A DNA stretch of 64,000 bases, from contig NC_043016.1 of the NCBI RefSeq assembly GCF_006345805.1, forward strand, positions 18,228,001 through 18,292,000. Direction: 5' to 3'. The notes under the pieces were generated by a model. That model ran no database searches and was not told the DNA's origin. It worked only from the letters and a program-made list of their open reading frames with translations. The stretch is from Octopus sinensis (Eukaryota). Position numbers and translations under genes: made by a program. The first letter of the stretch is position 1. The number at the start of each line of letters is the position of its first letter. Shown piece by piece: positions 38,074-50,135 of the stretch.

Positions 38074-38276
38074 TGTGACCTCGTGTATACCATTGGCGAT
38101 TATTTTTCCTCTGTCTTCCCTTCTCTGGATCTTTCCTTCTCCTATGTTTCCGACGAAGAGCTCCGCTCGAAACGTTAAACCCTCCTTCTTCCCTTCTTTC
38201 CTGAGCGTCCAATAATACTATATTTGTTCCATGTCCTCACGTTGTTGTGTTTTTTTCTGCTTTCTTGTTTGGATTA

Positions 38277-38281
<5 letters not shown>
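38074..38281 (+). mobile_element. Family H1 mini-element with minimal hammerhead motif (38146-38180)
   Basis: GTTT-CCGACGA-A-GAGC-TCC-GCTC-GAAAC-GTT-AAAC; palindromic AACGTT stem III; ends in (TA)n. Confidence 0.75.
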
Positions 38282-38323
<42 letters not shown>

Positions 38324-39995
38324 AGAGAGAGAGAGAGAGAGAAATGTAATTCTGTTTTGGATTTGGCTCTCAATGCACATCACATAAACACACATATGTA
38401 ATAGTATGTAAATGTGCTGTAAAACCCACTTGGACACGAAAAGTCAAGGACTGTCTGTTGGATTTGAACCCACATCTCCTGTAGACTCGACAGGCTTTCT
38501 ACCATTGGACCAAAGCAATCCTTTGAATGTCGCCATCCATTTTAGAAACTTTCCTCATACCAGCAAGAATTGCATGTTGTTGATGTCATAAGAATTTTAT
38601 AAACTTTCAAGAGCAACATGGAATAATTCTGTTTTGGAATTGATTCTTGAAACTAAAAATAACAGCATGTAAATATATATATATGTGTATATGATGTATA
38701 TGTATATCTTTGTATATCTTTTATTCTTTTACTTGTTTCAATCATATGACTGCAGCCATGCTGGATGACCACCTTGAAGGGTCTTTACTTGAACAGGTCA
38801 ATCCCAAGACTTCTATTTTAAGCCTGATACATGTTCTATCAGTCTCTTGTGCCAAACTGCTAAGTTACAGGGATGTAAACACACCAACATCAGTTGTCAA
38901 GTGGTGATGGGGGATAAACACAGATACACACACACACATACATACACACATACACACACACATACATGCACACACATACACACACACGCACATACATACA
39001 TACATACATACACATACATTCATATACATATATGAGAGGTGTTTCATTTACTTTCCATCTACCAAACCACTCACAAGACTTTGAAGACACTTGCCCAAAG
39101 TTTCATGCAGTTGAATTGAACCCAGAACCTTGTGGTTGGAAGCAAGCTTCTTACCACACAGCCATGTGTGTGTGTATGTATAGATGTAGACTTGTCTATA
39201 TGTATATTTGTGTGTGTATGTGTCTATGTATGTACATGTATATATATGTATGTACAGGATACACACGATTTTGTATTCACACTGATCTAAATTGCAATTA
39301 AGTTAAAATAAGTACTCAATAGTGTTAGGTAGAGTGGAACAGGATTTAATCAAAGTCGAATAAATTCAGCAAGAATCACTGAGTAGTGATTCATCCAAAC
39401 TGAGAAGTGAATAAATGTTTTTTTTTTTTTGTGTGTTAGTATTATTACTCATTTGTAGTTAGTAGCAGTCGAAGTATGTAGGCATGTGCTATAACAGCGC
39501 ATTGCGGCATCCATCATTTGTTGGTGATTCCCTACTATTCCTGGCAGATGACACCTTTGCACCACTCAGGCAACAAACCTTTGACTCGTGGGTCTGTTTT
39601 GGGTTGTTGTTACTGGTAAGGGTTTTACAAGGTCAGAGTGCAAATCCTACTTCAACCATTTTTCTAGCTACCTTTTATGACATGTATAAAAAATGTCGGA
39701 TCTATTCTTTAACATTCTAGTCCCTACACAGCACTCATTCATACACAAAAAAATTTCAAAATATAGTCTCTGTTTATTTTTCTTTTCAGTCCACTAACAA
39801 CAACGATGGTAATGGTGGTTGTGATCGTACTAGTGATGGTGGTGGGAGGGTTGTAGTCATAGTGATAGTGATAATTGTGATGGTGATGATGGTGGTGGTG
39901 GTGGTGGGCAGCACCAAGTCTTTGTAGATCGGAAAATATTGAACTATCCAAATTCTTGAAAAGACGATGCGTCTTATGGGTCCCTAATAATAATT

Positions 39996-40226
39996 ACTCT
40001 TTTACCCTTGTTTCAGTCATTTGACTGTGGCCATGCTGTAGCACCGCCTTTAGTCGAAGAAATCGACCCCAGGACTTATTCTTTGTAAGCCTAGTACTTA
40101 TTCTATCGGTCTCTTTTGCTGAACTGCTAAGTTATGGGGACGTAAACACATCAACATCGGTTGTCAGGTGATGTTGGGGGACAAACACGGACACACAAAC
40201 ATATACACACTTACATACATACATAC

Positions 40227-40258
<32 letters not shown>

Positions 40259-40425
40259 ATACACAAACACATATATACGACAGGATTCTTTCTGTTTCCG
40301 TCTACCAAATCCACTCACAAGACTTTGGTCGGCACGTGGTTATAGTAAAAGACACTTGTCCAAGGTGCCATGCAATGGGGCTGAACCTGAAACAATGTGC
40401 TTGGTAAGCAAGCTACTTACCACAC
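39996..40425 (-). mobile_element. SINE family A
   Basis: Homology. Confidence 0.88.
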
Positions 40426-40877
40426 AATAAAAATAATAATAAAATTTCCCAGAGTCAAAACATAAAACGCAAACGAGTCAATAAATTCCTGATGGATATT
40501 ATTTTCACCAGTGAAATAAATCTTTCCATGGATCCTGTTTACACACACACAAGTTTATATACACCCTCATAAAACTAGTGTGAGACAGAATCATAAAAGT
40601 AAGAAGAAAATAAACCCAGATAAGGAAAATGATAATAATTATTACAATGACAACAACAAAATCAAACGGGCCGACTACCATGACTATCACCGGTTAATTA
40701 GTCTCCTAATTACTAATGATATATAAATATGAAGCATAGCTATTAAAATAGACAGAAGACTTTTTATGACTTCTTATAGTATACACATATAAAAACTGGT
40801 GGTGAATCTAAGCAAGCACTACTACCCCTGAATAGATAGGGTAGCATTGTAAACACACACACATACACACATGTATA

Positions 40878-41300
40878 GGCACAGGCGTGGCTGTGTGGTA
40901 AAAACCTTGCTTAACAACCACAGTTCCAGGTTCAGTCCCTCTGTGTGGTGCCTTATGCAAGTGTCTTCTACCTATAGCCTCGGGCTGACCAAAGCCTTGT
41001 GAGTGGATTTGGTCGACAGAAACTGAAAGAAGCCCATCATATATAGTGTGTGGTGTGTGTGTGTCTGTTTGTCTGTATTTGCGCTTGTGTTAGTCTCCCC
41101 TCCCTACCATTGCTTGATAACCAATGCTGGTGTGTTTATGTCCCTGTAACTTAGCGGTTCGGCAAATGATACTGATAGAGCAAGTATCAGGCTTAAAAAA
41201 AAAAATAAAGGGGTCGATACTTTCAACTTAAAAGATTCTTCAAGGTGGTGCCCCAGCATGACTGCACTCTGATTACTGAAACAATTAATAGGTAAAAGAT
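40878..41300 (+). mobile_element. SINE family A
   Basis: Homology. Confidence 0.85.
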
Positions 41301-43041
41301 ATACCAAATAATATATTCCTTTCCTTATCATACTGATTTTAAGGCGGCGAGCTGGCAGAAATGTTAGCACGCCAGGCAAAATGCTTAGCGCTATTTCATC
41401 TGTCTTTACGTTCTGAGTTCAAATTCTTTTGGGTTCGATAAATTAAGTACCAGTTGCATTCTGGGGTCGATCTAATCAACTGGACCCTCCACCAAAATTT
41501 TGGGCCTTGTGCCTAGAGTAGAAAAGATTAATTTATTGATTTGAGTCACTGAAATTCTGGTCATACTGGAGCACTTACCATCAGTTGTTTTAGTAACTTA
41601 TTTGCATCATGTCAATAGATCCCATTATTTGTGTTGTATTGGTCCATGTCATAAATCCCTATTTATTGACAGTCTAAGTAAATGTCTTTACAGGGAGTTA
41701 CTACCTTCATTGACTTACACTGGTACATACACATACACACTCACACACACACATGCACAAATATGTGTGTGTGTGTGGCTATGTTGTTAAGAAGTTGCTT
41801 CGCAACTGCATGATTTCAGGTTTGGTCCCACAGCATGGTACCTTAGGCAAGCATCTTCTACTATAGCCTTCAGCTAACTAAAACCTTGTGAGTGAATTTG
41901 GTAGACAAGAACTGTGTGTGGAAGCCCAATATATCATCGTTATTATCATCATCATTTAACATCCGTTGTCCATGCTGGCATGGGTTGGATGGTTTGACCA
42001 GGGCTGGTAAGCTGAGGAGCTGCACCAAACTCCAGTCTGATTCGGCATGGTTTCTGTGGCAGGATGCCTTTCCTAACGCCAACCGATCCAAGAGTGCAAT
42101 GGGTGCTCTCGGATATATATATATATATATCATCATCATCATCATCATCGTTTAGCATCCGCTTTCCATGCTAGCATGGGTTGGACGGTTCAACTGGGGT
42201 CTGGGAAGCCAGAAGGCTGCACCAGGCCCAGTTTGATCTGGCAATGTTTCTACGGCTGGATGCCCTTCCTAACACCAATATATATATATATATATATGCA
42301 TGTATGTGTCAGTGTGTTTGTCCGCTCTGCACATACATGCACACACACACACACTGCTTGACAACCATTGTTGGTTTGTTTACATCCCATATCTTAGTGG
42401 TTTTGTCTAAGAGTCTGACACCTGACACAAGTACCCACCAGTCTTAAAATAAGTTTTGGGATTTGATTTGTTTGACTAACTTTACAAGGCATTGCTCCAG
42501 TATGGTCATAGTCCAGTGATTGGGGCAATTAAAACAGTATTTACATGCAATGAATATTTATATATCACTGATTAATTAATCATGCATTAATTAACTGCTG
42601 ATAGTAATGATGGTCGGGTCTTTTTGATTTTTATGGTTGTCATTATGATAATTATCATGCATTTTTGCGTTTTCTGGGTTTATTGTTTCCTTATTTTTAT
42701 GCTTTTTTTTCATATTAAATTTTATGAGTGTCTTCATAAATGTACATATGTGTGTGTTTTTATGTTTATGAAAGTGTGAGGGTGTTTGTGAGTGAGTAGT
42801 AAACCTATATATTATATATTTATATATATGAATTGGATGCATGGAAAGATTTTTGTCACTGGTGAAAATATATCCATCATGAATTTTTATGTCTATTTTT
42901 TTTACCTTTGATTAGTTTTCAATTATGGGAAATTTTCGTTAGGGTCCAGTAAAATGATGCAATATCAATATGCATAACACATGCAAACACATCTCGCTTA
43001 TGCTTCTAACCACTAACTTACCAAGTTTCTAGAAGCTTGAT

Positions 43042-43563
43042 GGTTAGTTAGTTAGTTAGTTAGTTAGTTAATTTGGCTCAAAAGCAAATAGCAAGGCCAT
43101 GTAGGGGGACATGGAGTTAAGTACAGGGTGGTGTTCATGTAAAGAGTTCAGGCCACTTGAGGTCAAGGGAGGCTTTGAACAAAGCGGTCGTCGGCATCTT
43201 CACCATCTCGTCTGGCAGCTTGTTCCACGGATCCGCAACCCGGACGGAGAAAGCTCCTCTCCTTCGATTGAGATGAAATCGTCACAGGTAGAGCTTTTCG
43301 GAATGACCCCACAGCCAACGCTCTGGAGCAGGAGTGAAGAACAGCTCTTTCGAGAGGTTACACTTTCCGCTTATGATGTTGTGAGCGAGAATGAGATCAC
43401 CACGGCGGCGGCGTTTTTCTAGAGAATAAAGGTCGAGCATCCTCAGCCTTTCTTCATAAGACAAATTTTTGAGACCATGAACCATGCGGGTAGCCAGCTT
43501 CTGGACTCTTTCGAGATGCTGTATGTCTTTGAGGAGATAAGGAGAAGAGGCTTGAATCCCGTT
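43042..43563 (-). mobile_element. CR1-clade LINE 3' end with (AACT)n tail
   Basis: Minus translation GIQASSPYLLKDIQHLERVQKLATRMVHGLKNLSYEERLRMLDLYSLEKRRRRGDLI...GHSEKLYL*RFHLNRRRGAFSVRVADPWNKLP...FKASLD; one CGA->TGA stop. Confidence 0.92.
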
Positions 43564-45872
43564 ATATCTGCACAGATTTAATCCTTTAGTTTTCACATTA
43601 CTTTGTCAGAAGTAATGCTTATCTATTCTCATTCATTCATTTCATTTAACATCTGTCGCCCATGCCGGTATCCAGTATGGGTCGGATGGTTTGACCAGGG
43701 CTGTTAAGCTGAGTGGCTGCACCAGACCCCCAGTCTGATTTGGCATGGTGTCTGTAGCTGGATGCCCTTCCTAATGCCAACCACTCCAAGACTATGATTT
43801 CACTTGGCTTGGTGAGTCTTCTTTTCATGCACAACATATTGCCCTTATTTGTCACTGCCTCCGTGAGGCCCAATGCTCAAAAGGTGCTTTTTATGTGCCA
43901 CTGGCACAGGTGGTAGTTATGTGACACCAGCACTGACCCTTGTTTTGTATTAATCATGCATTATGTTGTAGTTTTGAGATTTTGAAGAGGTGTTAATTTT
44001 TAGAACAACATTGTAGTGTTGGTGTGAGAGGCCAGATCTGGCCAGTTTGATAATAAAATAGGTAGAATATTTTGGTCAGAGTATGGCTGGATTAAATCCT
44101 AAAGGGGATTAAATGCTAAACTTTCTACTAAACAATCAGCACACAAAAACATCCATTCTTAACTACACTATTAACTAAAGAAACTAGATATTACTAACAA
44201 GTGATCAGTTTGTTTTATCATTGATGAAAAAGAGAGAAACTTTTCTGTAAACTTGAAAAGTTACGGTACTAACTTGATAACAATATGGTTAAAATTTGTA
44301 GATGAGGCTGTGGCAAAATGATTGCACAGTTTCCACAAGGAGATTTATTTCTGCTGAAAAGGATATTCTTTCAACTTAGCATTATCATTGTTTTCACAAT
44401 CCTCCTCCTCATCATTATCGTCATCACAATTGTCCCCACCACAACCACTGCCATGATTCCTGTTGTTAGTGTTATTTCAATACAAGTTTAGTTTTGCAAA
44501 TTGGAGTTGAAGTAGCAAAATGGCTTCAGTTTGAATTGACTTAAGATTTGAAAATTCTAGGGAGAACTTGGACACCAAATCACCTTGGTCTTCTGCCTAT
44601 TCTAATAGGTATTTATTGGAACATTTTCGACTGTTTATTCGGTTTTTGTTTTCTGTTCATATTTTATATATTCCCAAACTAGTGTAGTGGTCTCTCTCGT
44701 AGGAAGGAATTGGTCCAGCACCTCAGATTATATTACTTTGAATTGAACTATTCAGCTATTGATATCATTGAACTCCAGTATTCAACTGGTAGTTTATTTT
44801 ATTGGCCTTGGAGGGATGTAAAGCATAGTTAGCCTTGATGGAATTTGAACGAATGTAAAGAGCTGAGCTTATGTAACACAAGACATTCTGTCTAATGGAA
44901 GCTGCACTGATTCTTCTTGTGTACTACTACTACTACTATTACTACTGCTATCACCACTACCACCACCACCACCACCACTATCACCATCACTACCAATGTT
45001 TTTACTATCACACCATCTCATACTTGGATGCCTTCAGCAGAGTCTGTTTTACTTTAAGCACTTGAGCCAAACATCTAGCCTGAGGCAGGGCCCATACTGT
45101 CCAAAGTACCACCTAGTGAGATTGATCCTAGAACCATGTCTTTTGCAAAAGTAAACCTCTTAACTGAACAGCCATACCTCTAGAATCACATGGCCACAAT
45201 ACAAATCCAAAGACCTAGTCTTTGGTGATGAGGCAGTACTGCTGTAACTTTAAAATAAATACTTACCACTCAACTGGAATTAACCGGATTTCATGAATCA
45301 GAGAATCAGATGAAAAGTTAAGAAACAAACATAAAAAGGAAAATGTTAAGAAAAAAACCCAAAAAATTTAAATAAAAAAAATTCAGAGAAATAAGTAAAA
45401 TAATCTGTACAAATAAAAAAAAATTAAGATAGAAAAAATACAATTGAAAAAAAAAATAAATGGTTACTAAACGAGTCTGGTAAATTATATGAAAACAATA
45501 GAAATAACAACAAAAATACAATAGAATTGTACAGGTTGAAATGAGTGTATTTTAATGTGTTATTAAGAAGCTCCAGTTCAGGTTTAATGTGAGAATTTAA
45601 ATAGCGAAGTCAATTTTGAGAACTTAAAAAGAAGACATTGGTCATGCCACATATCACCTTCCATGTCATATGTGTTGCGAGTGTGTGTGTGTATATGTGT
45701 GCAGTATGTGCATGTGTGTTTTTGTTTGTGTTTGTGTGTGCTGTGTGTGTGTACATGTATATAAAAAAATATGCATACACTCACACACACATGCACAGAC
45801 ATATATTTTTAAATGCATAAATATAAATGTACAGACATACATACCTACACTGACACATGTGCACACATGCAC

Positions 45873-45909
<37 letters not shown>

Positions 45910-45913
<4 letters not shown>

Positions 45914-46107
45914 ACCTCGTGTGTACCGTTGGCGATTTTTTTTTTTTCCTCTGCCATCCCTTCTCCTATGTTTCTGACAAAGAGGTCCGCTCGAAATGTT
46001 AAACCCTCCTTCTTTCCTCCTTTCCTGAGCGTCCAATAACACTATACTTGTTCCACGTCCTTGCGTTGTTGTGTTTTCTCTTGGTGTTTTCATGTTTGGA
46101 TTAACTA
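45910..46107 (+). mobile_element. Family H1 mini-element; hammerhead remnant 45970-46004
   Basis: GTTT-CTGACAA-A-GAGG-TCC-GCTC-GAAAT-GTT-AAAC; (TA)n on both sides. Confidence 0.72.
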
Positions 46108-46129
46108 TATATATATATATATATATATA

Positions 46130-46392
46130 TAGGGAGAATCACATAGATGTATTAGTTTAATGCTCGGGAAGTGAAAAAGTCTTTAACGTTTCGAGCCTGT
46201 GCTCTTCCACAGAAAGGAACACAGAAAGAAACAAGGAGAGAAAATAAAGATCCTGTTGATCCTGTCTCCTCTCATCACCCAACGAACTTTTACGGTTTCT
46301 CTACCTGGACTTTCTACTCTCGTACACTTCAGCTGCACCTCTCCTGCCCATGAGTTACACTGGACTCCCCTGTTGATGAAATATCACTCCAC
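46130..46392 (-). mobile_element. Related mini-element (H2) with hammerhead-like motif 46181-46216
   Basis: Minus: CTTT-CTGTGGA-A-GAGC-ACAG-GCTC-GAAAC-GTT-AAAG; (TA)n on both sides. Confidence 0.6.
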
Positions 46393-46789
46393 ATATATAT
46401 ATATATAAACCCAGAGGCCCAGTGAAAGGTTGCTAGCAGTGCCTTTCCTCTTCTGACCAAATCCTTAAAAACACACACAGGCATATACAAAAAAAAAACA
46501 TTAAAAAATATACTGAACAAAAAGGAAACTAAGCCAAAAAACAAAAAATATGTAAAAAAAATAAACACCAAGCATTGTGCATTAATACATTAATGGGAAT
46601 TGGAAATTGTTTTCTGCTTACATAAGAAAGAAAGTGATCAATATTCATTTATTGTTTGAGATGTTGTTAATTTCTTTATCAATGCCAAGATACTTGAGCT
46701 AGTAACCTAAATATTTCCTATGCTAACTAGGTCATTGTCTATATTTATAGTAATCTAGTTCTCTTTTATAAATCCTCTGTATATCAAGT

Positions 46790-47010
46790 TTAATCCCAGT
46801 TCAAGTCTGGTTGAGAAGAAAAACCTTTGATGGAAAGCATTCCAGCCATGACCATCCTGTTTTTTTTTGTTGTCTTTTTGTAGTTCCCACACATATCTAA
46901 GATATTGAAAGGGTCCTGCCTGTTTTTAAATAAGATTGTAGAGATGTGATTTAGTGGAGAATTAGCTTCTATTTCTAGCATAACAAGTGGGCATATCAAG
47001 GCTCCCTCAT
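46790..47010 (-). repeat. Dispersed repeat family F (CTAGAAATAG...GGATGGTCATGGCTGGAATG)
   Basis: Diverged homologues near 7900-8190, 9300-9900, 53070-53200 and 61290-61520. Confidence 0.55.
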
Positions 47011-47150
47011 TGACTCATATATACACACATATAGTTAGAATTGGAAGTTGTAAATTGAGAGGTATTCAGCTATCTACTACATCTTGTAGGCCTAGCTACC
47101 TTGTAGAGGTTTTTTGATGGTAGTTTGATACATTTTTATATACATAGCAT

Positions 47151-47585
47151 AGGTACAGGTGTGGCTGTGGTAAAAAGCTTGCTTCTCAACCACATGGTTC
47201 TGAGTTCAGTCCCACTGCGTGGAACCTTGGACAAGTGTCTTCTACTACAGCCTCTGGCCAACCATACCTTTTGAGTAGATTTGGTAGACAGAAACTGAAA
47301 GATGTTTATCGTATAAATGTTCATCATATAAATGTTCATCGTGTATATGTTCATCGTATATAAAGATGTTCATCATATGTGTTTGTGTCCATCCCCTCCC
47401 ATCATCACATGACAACCTGTGTTGATGTGTTTATGTCCCTGTAACTCAACAGTTCGGCAAAAGAGACTGATAGAATAAGTACTAAGCTTACAAAGGGTTG
47501 ATTTCTTTGACTAAAAAAAAGAAGACCTTTAAGGCAGTGCTCCAGCATGGCCATAGTCAGTTGATTGAAACAAGTAAAAGAGTAA
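47151..47585 (+). mobile_element. SINE family A with internal ~16-bp tandem expansion (ATGTTCATCRTATAA)
   Basis: Homology; 5 short tandem units at 47302-47377. Confidence 0.85.
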
Positions 47586-48737
47586 GAGAATGGGGTGTGG
47601 TTTATGGATTTTGCTCTCATTTCTAGCATACTGAATGACTACATAGAGGCTCCTTTATTCACAAATGCATGCTTGATTATATTTACATAACATAGTATGG
47701 TATGATTCTGGAGCATATTTGGTTGCTTTCTCTAACAAAGGGCCTCTCTGACCTGATCGTCACACCTCAAGTAACTTAAAGTTGGTGGAAAAGAACATAT
47801 TTTACGACAAAGCAGAACATGAAACAATAAAGGCCAAATAAAGAAATAAATAAGAAAGAAACTCATTCACTGATTAAATAAAGTATAGTTTCTTATACTA
47901 CTATGTGCCTCATTAAAAATGAGGTAACATGATGTTGCTATTTTTCTCAAGAAGCATTAGCAATATACTCCTTCTTAGCCTCCTTTTCATATTGATCATG
48001 ATCATTATCAAGTAAATTGGTTAGACTGTTTAATTAAAGTCCAAAGAAGCCTCTTTTGTTAGAGAAGGCAACCAAGTCTGCTCCCTAAATTATATCATAC
48101 CATACTATATTATGTGTGTGTATGTATATATATATATATATATATATACACTTTTCTACTCTAGGCACAAGGCCCGAAATTTTATGAGAGGGGACCAGTC
48201 GATTAGATTGACCCCAGTAAACAAATGGTGCTTAATTTATCGACCCTGAAAAGATGAAAGGCAAAGTCGACTTCAGTGGAATTTGAACTCAGAACGTAAA
48301 GACTATATATATATATTGCATCAGTCATACTGGGACACTGCCTCAAAGAATTTTTAGTTGAATGAATCTCCCCCCTCCCCCCAACCAGTACTTAAAATTT
48401 TTTAAACCTGGTACTTATTCTATTGGTCTCTTTTGCCAAACTATTAAGTTACAGGGATGTAAACCCACCAACACCGATTGTCAAGCAGTGGTATAGGACA
48501 AACATAGACACAAACATGCAAATATACAAATATATACATATATGTATATATATATCGTGGTCAGCACTTTTTAGATGATTATGGTACCTGTTAGTGTATA
48601 TGTTTCCATTCATGTGCATTAATTACAGCATTAGAGCAGTTTAGTTCTTATTTCTAGCAGTGTAGGTGTTCCTAATACCTTAGTTATATTTTGTGACATT
48701 TGTAATTCTCCTCTTTGATGAAACCTTGCAAACTGCT

Positions 48738-48780
<43 letters not shown>

Positions 48781-49132
48781 ATATATGCACATGATGGGCT
48801 TCTTTCAGTTTCTCTCTACCAAATCCACTCACAAGGCTTTGGTTGACCCAATGCTATAGTAGAAAACACTTGTCCAAGGTTCCACGCAGTGGGACTGAAC
48901 CTGGAACATTGTGTTTGGGAAGCAATCTTCTTACCACATGGCTGTGGCTACATGTGTGTGTGTGTGTGGTAATAAAGATGAAATGAATGGATAATTTGGA
49001 TATTACTACATGTTTTAGTACTAAAATATACTATTAACTTACTGCATTATTTAATTTATTTAATTTGGCATAGGAGCAATAGAAAGTTTCAAGTATTAAA
49101 ATAATTTAATATACAGTTTGGTTCATTTAAAG

Positions 49133-49440
49133 CAGTGGTTCCCAAAGTGGGCAGTATTGCTCCCCCTGGGGGTGGTGCTAAGTTCCAAGGGGGTATTGAA
49201 GAAAAGTGGAGATGGTGGGGTAGTGATTCATGTAAAAATTGGGATGATAATGGAGTGGCAATTCATGTAAAAAAACACAAAATAATGGGTTCATTAGATT
49301 AAGTTTTATTTATGAAATACAATTGTTTTGGATTTGCTTTAGATAGAGGTCTATTTGTGATGATTAGTTGGGGTGGGGACGGTAGGAATGTGGGCCAGGT
49401 GTCAAGGGGGCAGCAGCCCAAAAACGTTTGGGAGTCACTG
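49133..49440. mobile_element. hAT (Charlie-like) MITE
   Basis: TIRs CAGTGGTTCCCAAA / TTTGGGAGTCACTG; perfect 8-bp TSD ATTTAAAG. Confidence 0.88.
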
Positions 49441-49770
49441 ATTTAAAGGATGGTTGGTTAGGTTCATATCAAGCCAGTAATCAATTAAAAGCTCTAACTT
49501 CACATGCAGATCATATTGATTATGTCTAGATCTAGTTTAATGGTTTTAGTAGACTCTGCCTTGATCCTTTATAGATCCATTGTAATCAAAACCATATATT
49601 TATATATATATAGTAGTCTGGAACAACTGAATCTTAGTCAGTCAGTTGATGGGCTCCACTACCTCAAATGTTCTTAAAATTTAAATTCACATCTTTGTCT
49701 ATATATCTACCTTCTCTATAATGTTGCCACTTGATATGAAAATTTTTGTATTAATGGAAAACCTCTATAA

Positions 49771-49856
49771 TTGGCTGATGAGTACTCAGCATTTTAAAAC
49801 TGTTGTAATACTTACAACATTTAATAAAATGATGTAGTATGAAACGATTGTACCAA
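49771..49856 (+). ncRNA. Type I hammerhead ribozyme motif, intact core, extended stem II
   Basis: TTGG-CTGATGA-GTACT...TGTTGTAA-TAC-TTACAACA...AGTAT-GAAAC-GATT-GTA-CCAA; stem I TTGG/CCAA, quasi-palindromic stem III ACGATTGT, GUA triplet. Confidence 0.8.
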
Positions 49857-49888
49857 GTTACCGGAGTCATTCTTGTTGCTTATTTTGA

Positions 49889-49950
<62 letters not shown>

Positions 49951-49953
<3 letters not shown>

Positions 49954-50135
49954 TATAAGAAGGAATTACCACTATGTGGAAACCCTTATGCTAGAAGTAG
50001 ATCCGCTATGGTCCTAATCTTACGTTTCTGGTGTTTGCTAAATTTTCCAGAGAACGATTCTTAGTGGTAGGACCATAGCAGATCTACTTCTAGCATATAA
50101 AGGTTTCCACATAGTGGTAATTCCCTCTTATATGT
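49951..50135. mobile_element. Fold-back MITE with ~66-bp near-perfect TIRs
   Basis: 49951-50016 is complementary to 50068-50135; inner CGTTTCTGG/CCAGAGAACG also pairs. Confidence 0.8.
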
